Source: Squalus acanthias
Taxonomy: Eukaryota
DNA: 64,000 nt
NCBI GenBank assembly: GCA_030390025.1
Contig: CM059432.1
Coordinates: 96,846,001 to 96,910,000, forward strand
Reading direction: 5' to 3'
A program made the translations under genes and the position numbers. Within the stretch, counting starts at the first letter, position 1; every line of letters begins with the position of its first letter. The notes under the pieces are model-generated. The model saw only the letters and a program-made list of their open reading frames with translations. It ran no database searches and was not told the origin of the DNA. Below are positions 61,258 to 64,000 of this stretch, one piece after another.

Positions 61258-62547
61258 AAAGGTAAATTATGCTTGACTAATCTACTGGAATTTTTTGAGG
61301 ATGTAACTGGTAGAATAGATAAGGGAGAACCAGTGGATGTGGTGTATTTGGACTTTCAGAAGGCTTTCGATAAGGTCCTGCATAAGAGATTAGCGTGCAA
61401 AGTTAAAGCACATGGGATTGAGGGTAAGGTACTGATTGGATAGAAAACTGGTTGGCAGACAGGAAGCAAAGAGTTGGAATAAACGGGTCTTTTTCCGAGT
61501 GGCAGGCAGTGACTAGTGGGGTACCGCAGGGATCGGTGCTAGGACCCCAGTTATTCACAATATATATTAATGATCTAGACGAGGGAACTAGATGTAATAT
61601 CTCCAAGTTTGCAGACGACACAAAGCTGGGTGGGCGTGTGTGCTGTGAGGAGGATGCAGAGCAACTCCAGTATGATTTGGACAGGTTGGGTGATTGGGCA
61701 GATGCATGGCAGATGCAGTATAATGTGGATAAATGCGAGGTTATCCACTTTGGTGGCAAAAACAGGAAGTCAGATTATTATCTGAACGGCAATAGATTGG
61801 AAAAAGGGGAAGTGCAACGAGACCTGGGTGTCCTTGTGCACCAGTTGCTGAAGGTAAGCATGCAGGTGCAGCAGGCGGTTAAGAAGGCAAATGGTCTGTT
61901 GGCCTTCATAGCGAGAGGATTCGAGTACAGGAGCAAGGATGTCTTGCTGCAGTTGTACAGGGCCTTAGTGAGACCACACCTTGAGTATTGTGTGCAGTTT
62001 TGATTGCCTTATCTGAGGAAGGATGTTCTTGCTATGGAGGGAGTGCAGCGAAGATTCACCAGACTGATACCTGGGATGGCAGGAATGACGTATGAAGAGA
62101 GATTGGGTCGATTGGGCTTGTATTCACTAGAGTTTAGAAGAATGAGAGGGGATCTCATTGAAACTTATAAAATTCTAACAGGACTAGACAGACTAGATGC
62201 AGGAAGGATGTTCCGGTTGGCGGGGGCGTCCAGAACCAGGGGTCACAGTCTAAGGATAAGGGGTAAGCCATTTAGGACTGAGATGAGGAGGAATTTCTTC
62301 ACCCAGAGAGTGGTGAACCTGTGGAATTCTCTACCACAGAAGACAGTTGAAACCAATTCATTAAATATATTCAAGAAGGAGTTAGATGTATTTCTTAAGG
62401 CTAAAGGGATCAAGGGATATGGGGAGAAAGCAGGGACAGGGTACTGAATTTGGATGATCAGCCATGATCACATTGAATGGCGGAGCTGGCTCGAGGGGCC
62501 GAATGGCCTACTCCTGCTCCTATCTTCTATTTTTCTATGTTTCTATG
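61258..62547 (+). mobile_element. 5'-truncated young CR1 LINE (same subfamily as 56596-57584)
   Basis: RT motifs GVPQGSVLGP and FADDTK, one stop at 62001-62003, TTTCTATG tail. Confidence 0.93.
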
Positions 62548-62769
62548 TGGACATACATACGGATTATCTTTATTAAAATCCAATGCATGTGCAAGCAGGG
62601 AAGACTTGACCAGCAATGGACATATCCGTTACACAATTACTGATGTTATTCTTTATAACTTAATATTTTGAATACTACAGGTGGGATAAAAAAATCAGCA
62701 ACTTAACATTGGACCTGCTAAAGTCTAATTTAATTCAGTTGTGTACTTGTTGTATATCTGGGACTGTCT

Positions 62770-62925
62770 TCTCTAAAAGACTGTGGATGCTGGGTCGGTT
62801 GGTAAAGTTATCAAGAGAAATAGAGCAAAGGTAGGTAAATGGAGACACAGATTAGCCACAATATAACTGAATGGCAGAACAGGCTTGAGGGGCTGAATGG
62901 CCTACTCCTGATCCTATGTTGTTCT
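62770..62925 (+). mobile_element. CR1 3'UTR fragment
   Basis: GAATGGCAGAACAGGCTTGAGGGGCTGAATGGCCTACTCCTG matches CR1 3' ends such as 62476-62520. Confidence 0.75.
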
Positions 62926-63139
62926 TTAGATAGCATTCCCACCGTCCCTGAACCACAGCACAAGTTCCATGTAGGATTTGTTCAATCTACATCTACAGTT
63001 TCTTGCAGTTAATTCAAAGTCATTTTTTTGCTCAAAGAAACTTCTAATTACCAGTGATTTGAATTCATAAAACAGCACAAGACCTGTTTTTTTACATGAT
63101 TTCAATGTGCATTAGTAGTTAATATGAAATAAAGGAGTA

Positions 63140-63570
63140 GACTGTATTTCAAAATTCCACATGATATTCCAAATGGGGCCTCACCATTGATCTATGCAAA
63201 GATATAATAAATTCATTCAACTTATAGTCGACCAACCTTGAAATGGATTCTAGAATTAAATTGACTTAAAACTTTCAGGGAATGATTAATCATCATGCCC
63301 AAATCCTTTTCCTCCTCCAAGTTGCTAAATGAAACCTTTTCATTGTGTATACATTCTTACTGTTGTACATTTCAATATCTATTGCCATAACATTTATATA
63401 TAGTATAAGCTTATTGCAATTCATAGCTATATGCTTAATTGGTCCATTGGTATCTTCAGATTTCTTTTTAATATTATTGCAAGAAGTACTTTCCTCCAAG
63501 TCATTTATGAATAGTGTGAATAACAGGTGTTCCCGATTAGGCTGTTGTGGCAGTCTCCTCTATGATGCAT
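63140..63570 (-). mobile_element. Ancient, highly diverged CR1-like RT fragment
   Basis: Minus strand gives LPQ...LLFTLFINDLEE and MVRPHLEY remnants. Confidence 0.65.
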
Positions 63571-63857
63571 TCAGAATTAACATGAACTCTGATTTTAGCA
63601 TCATTTTGATTTTTATCCCTAAGTGTATTTGATTAATTTGAAGCAAATTATAGTGAATTTTGTACTGTGCATGTGTGCCCAATGGGAACACTGCCTTGGC
63701 ATCAGATTGCTCAAACTCATTTTATTCGAACATTTGACAGCTGCAGGGGAGGGCGAGGAATCTAGATGCCAACCGTGGAGGCTCGATTTTAACACAGATC
63801 TCAGAGGTGAAAGGACAACCATTTTTGAGAATTAAAAAATAAGTTATAAAAGGGAAT

Positions 63858-63965
63858 GGTAATCAGGATTAGGAACCTTACTGATTTTCCTCTCCCTAAC
63901 CCAGGGGCTAATTGTAGTGTCCCTACCACTTTCCAGGCTAAGATCAGTTAACTTAGCACAGACCT
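63858..63965 (-). mobile_element. Old SINE-like repeat fragment
   Basis: Loose similarity to 6120-6210. Family not identified. Confidence 0.35.
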
Positions 63966-64000
63966 ATTGAGTTTTGTTAAGTATTCGGGAAAAGTCAAGA

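Overview
Repeat-dominated vertebrate genomic DNA. It is most likely a cartilaginous fish (inferred from a SacSINE1-type DeuSINE, esterase-ORF1 CR1 LINEs, L2, Penelope and two-gene Harbinger families). I found no host protein-coding gene; the window looks intronic or intergenic. It holds about 10 CR1 copies, several L2 pieces, Penelope elements with hammerhead-ribozyme motifs (one young copy with a 16-bp TSD and an open RT/GIY-YIG frame), a 1.7-kb solo LTR and about 15 PIF/Harbinger elements, many nested up to five levels deep. Main points: (1) a near-intact autonomous Harbinger (37496-41967) has an intact DDE transposase and a 3-exon Myb/SANT gene broken only at a G10 run; its intron carries an 8 x 54-bp array that amplifies a motif conserved across other Harbinger families here. 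(2) Two copies of one MITE family were each hit by a different Harbinger element at the same nucleotide. (3) Many Harbinger insertions share a palindromic (A/G)ACAC-NNN-GWGT-like target. All alignments were done by eye, and boundaries without a TSD are approximate.
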